From: an uncultured Trueperaceae bacterium
GTDB taxonomy: Bacteria; Deinococcota; Deinococci; Deinococcales; Trueperaceae
Assembly (NCBI GenBank): GCA_963799485.1
Contig: CAWCXJ010000007.1
Coordinates: 192,001 to 256,000 of the forward strand
Direction of reading: 5' to 3'
DNA length: 64,000 nt
The first letter of the stretch is position 1; each line of letters opens with the position of its first letter. Under the pieces are notes generated by a model, which was not told where the DNA came from, made no database searches, and worked only from the letters and a program-made list of their open reading frames with translations. Shown here piece after piece: positions 61,088-64,000 of this stretch. Made by a program: the position numbers and the translations under genes.

Positions 61088-61404
61088 TTGCGCCGATTTC
61101 AGCCGAAGAGCGTGCGGAACGGGCACGTACTGCCTTTGACTATGTAAACGCTGAGATTGCCGCGCTCGTACTCTTCGACGACCAGTTCATCTAGTACTAC
61201 ACCGATTTCGTTTTTCACCCGACCGAACGCCCGGTCGCGCTTATCATCTCGCGCGCAGGAGAACGGACGCTGTTCGTGCCTGAGCTCGAGCGCGAGCACG
61301 CGGCGCAAGCCGGACAGCTCGAGCACGTCGTGACCTATCCGGAATATCCCGGCACAGAGCATCCGCTTACGATTTTATTTCATCGTGTGACCACATTATC
61401 CTGA
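61084..61404 (+). pseudogene. Truncated M24 (Xaa-Pro peptidase) N-terminal domain
   Basis: YYTDF...PTERP..L....LFVPELE.EHA...YPEYPG; in-frame TAG at 61192; catalytic domain absent. Confidence 0.7.
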
Positions 61405-61435
61405 TTATTTCGATCATCCGTCTGCTGAGAGGTTT

Positions 61436-62440
61436 TAAGTACCTCCCAGCCAAGAGCTAGATATTGACAACGTTCAGAGCTTTGAGCCCGAGCACAAGGG
61501 CGGCTTTAAGTTGGGTGAGGGTGTCGTAGCCGGGGCATAAGGAAGCCTTTAAGCTTGCGCCAGACGCTTTCGACCGGGTTGAGTTGGGGACAGTAAGCGG
61601 GCAAGTAGCGCAGGTACAGACCTTCTGCCCACCTTTCCCGTTGCTCGTTGAGGAGCTTGCCCTTATGAAAGGGCGCGTTACCGAGTACGACGACCGTAAG
61701 CCGGATTAGGTCGCAGCTTTGGGCGAGCGTGTCGAGGTAGCTGATGACTTGAGCCTGCGTACACGACCCGGTAGGTTCACGACCCGGTAAGTTCACGAAC
61801 TTCGAGCTGCGCGCTGGCTCCAAACAAAGACAGGGTACCGATCACGTTCGGGCGGCCTTGCGAACGCCACCGGGTCGGTACTTTGAACTGCTTACCTGAA
61901 CCCCGCTGGAACCAGGTGTAACACAAACTCAGCATCAAGGAAAAGCCGCTTTGGTCGAGGTACAAGGTCAAGCGCTGCGCTAGCACCCCCTTTTTAACGT
62001 CTCTAACGACGTTTGCTGTTCAGCGACGACTTCCGGGTCGGCTCGTTTACCCGGAGCATAGCGCGCGCGTTTTCAGCGGTAGCCAAGCTTCAGCAACTCG
62101 ACCCGGACGGCTTCACGCTTGCGACTTACGCCGAACTCTTTCTCAACAGCTTCCCTAGCAAACTGCTGTTCCAAACGCGGTCCCGTCTGCCAAGCCTTCT
62201 ACTCCTCGCAGCTCGAAGCGAGTCAGGTCGTTGTGGACACTTTGTGCGTTGCTCCCAAAGTGCTTGGCCCGTTTCGGCACACTCCAACCCGCACTATTCA
62301 AGCGGATGATGCTCGCCCTTAAGCGAATCTTGGCGTTGACCACCAAACTCACCTCCAACTCTCGTAGTGACTCGTCTTGCGCTGCTATAAGATGTCGGGC
62401 AGGTGTCGTCATGCTCTGAAGTACATGCGGGATGTACTTA
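61436..62440 (-). mobile_element. Degenerate IS630-family element
   Basis: TA-flanked TIRs TAAGTACCTCCC / GGGATGTACTTA; YLDQSGF, VVLGNAPFH, YLPAYCPQLNPVE..W motifs; slippery AAAAAGGGGG. Confidence 0.85.
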
Positions 62441-62479
62441 GTTCGCGCACTTTCCACGTGAACAGCTGCTAGTTCTCGC

Positions 62480-62700
62480 GAGTGAGGCGTTTTTCAAGAA
62501 CCCGGCGGCGAGCTTTCACACCACCCCGGTTTGGGTTTACCCGAAATCTACCTGCCCGTCTATCGGCAGCTCAATTAGGAGCGGTCCGCTGAACTTAAAA
62601 CGCAGTTGGGGGCGTACTTCGCGCCGCACAACGCCCGGCTCGAGGCGCTTTTGGGACGACCTTTCGGGACGAACCCCCAACCGCTGCCGCCGAGAAGCTA
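62480..62700 (+). pseudogene. Sulfotransferase C-terminal fragment
   Basis: LGAYFAPHNARLEALLGRPF resembles the C-terminus of PAPS-dependent sulfotransferases. Confidence 0.5.
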
Positions 62701-62736
62701 AAAGCAGCGTGGTTACGTAGTTACGTGACTACAGGG

Positions 62737-63558
62737 TCAACTCTCGTGGCGGACGAGCAGCCGGAAGAGGATAAACAAGCCGAGTGCGGCGACGGTGAGT
62801 ACGCCGGCGAGTGCGAGCGCCGCGTCAAGCTCGCGCTCGAGGCCCGCATAAATCGCCAGCGGCAGCGTGCGCGTCCGGCCCTGCAAGCTCCCGGCAAAAA
62901 CAATTGTCGCACCGAACTCGCCCAGCGCCCTAGCCCACGCTAAAACCAAGCCTTCGGTAAACGCCGGCCGCGCGAGCGGCCAGGTCACAAACCAAAACGC
63001 TCCCCAACGGCCCGCGCCGTCGGTTAAGGCGGCGGCCTCGAGGTCGCGCGCTACCCCCGCAAAGCCGACCTTGAGCGCCCGAATGTAAAACGGACTGGCG
63101 ACAAAAAGCTGCGCCAATACAACCGCCGAGGTGGTAAACGCCAGCGTAATCCCCAGTTCGTTCAGCGGTTCACCGACAAGCCCGCGCCGCCCGAACACGA
63201 GCAAAAGCCCGACCCCGGCGACAACCGGCGGCAAGACGACCGGCAGGTCGATAAGACCCTCGAGCAGTCTCCGCCCCCGGAAACGGTAACGGGCGAGTAA
63301 ATAGGCGACGGGTGTGCCCAAAAGTACGGTCAAGACCATGCTGATGCCGGTCGTTACGAGACTGAGGCGCAGGGCTTCGGCGGCGGCAGGCTCCAAAAGC
63401 GTGGCAAGCGCGGTGGGCGCTGCTGCGCGGACGAGAAGCACCGCGACCGGCAGGCCGAACAGTACGAACAGGATAAAAGCCGCTGCCAGAGGCAAAAGCG
63501 GGACTCTCTCCCACGAAGCCCCCGCAAGACCTTTACGGTTTGGGTCGGCGGGAGTCAA
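62737..63558 (-). CDS. modB: Molybdate ABC permease
   Basis: AL.LSL.T, DLP.VLPPVVAG..LL, LE.AA...GA, ARALGEFGAT, TLPLAIY. Confidence 0.88.
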   Translation of the reverse strand: MTPADPNRKGLAGASWERVPLLPLAAAFILFVLFGLPVAVLLVRAAAPTALATLLEPAAAEALRLSLVTTGISMVLTVLLGTPVAYLLARYRFRGRRLLEGLIDLPVVLPPVVAGVGLLLVFGRRGLVGEPLNELGITLAFTTSAVVLAQLFVASPFYIRALKVGFAGVARDLEAAALTDGAGRWGAFWFVTWPLARPAFTEGLVLAWARALGEFGATIVFAGSLQGRTRTLPLAIYAGLERELDAALALAGVLTVAALGLFILFRLLVRHES

Positions 63559-63821
63559 AGGTTCTGCAGTCTGTTGGAAGGCGTCAGGTCTGGGCGCTCT
63601 AACTGTGCGCTTGGCTGTAGCCGTAAAGGGTCAAAGACGTTGGTCGAGCCGGGGGTCACTCGAGCATTTTATCTACATAATCTCAACTTGCATACAGGTG
63701 GCAGCGGTAAAGTGGTAGCGCCGCAGCACCCGAATTCTACTCACAGCTAAACCCGCTGCCAGCTTATCCGCTGTTCGGATGGCGCGCGGCGAGTGTGTCA
63801 TACTTGACCCTCGGAGGTGCT

Positions 63822-64000
63822 ATGCCGGGAGTTGCAATCATCGGGGCACAGTGGGGAGACGAGGGCAAGGGTAAGGTCGTCGACGCTTTGGCCCACGACG
63901 CAGATGTGGTCGTGCGTTACTCGGGCGGCGCGAACGCCGGTCACACGGTCGTCGTCGGCGGCGAGATTTTCAAACTCCACCACCTGCCCTGCGGCGTCTT
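63822..64000 (+). CDS. purA: Adenylosuccinate synthetase, 3' truncated by window edge
   Basis: [28 protein letters not shown]...GGANAGHT. Confidence 0.95.
   Translation, partial: MPGVAIIGAQWGDEGKGKVVDALAHDADVVVRYSGGANAGHTVVVGGEIFKLHHLPCGV

Noticed and set aside
50884..61194. Amber recoding (pyrrolysine or alternative code) explaining in-frame TAGs
   Set aside because: Conserved genes such as rplU, slpA and pcrA end normally in TAG, one TAG-bearing gene is also frameshifted, and no pyl genes are visible
63560..63820. Purine or Moco riboswitch between modB and purA
   Set aside because: No recognisable conserved aptamer sequence

Overview
About 60% GC bacterial chromosome segment, most likely Deinococcota (Trueperaceae-like). 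This is inferred from an SlpA-type SLH/beta-barrel S-layer gene, an NDQ sodium-pump rhodopsin, Thermus-like AddAB and widespread leaderless genes. 1-39 kb is mostly core genome: PpiC foldase, pdxH, YyaL, addBA-like pair, rplS, tRNA-Ala, rplU-rpmA-obgE-nadD-yqeK-LCP-rsfS-yraN, trpF, rlmH, thyX, slpA, hpf, minDE, pcrA, M42 peptidase, rhodopsin and ypdA. 39.4-62.7 kb is an accessory, partly decaying peptide/amide scavenging region with two peptide-type ABC sets, GntR and IclR regulators and many amidohydrolases. It is bounded by a type I R-M remnant on the left and an IS630 remnant on the right. modB and the start of purA follow. The most notable non-gene signals are a phased cluster of perfect DnaA boxes at 17.2-17.4 kb with no dnaA in the window, and strong over-representation of two short motifs (TTTACGG/CCGTAAA and CTCGAG). 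All calls come from motif recognition by eye; no database searches were run.
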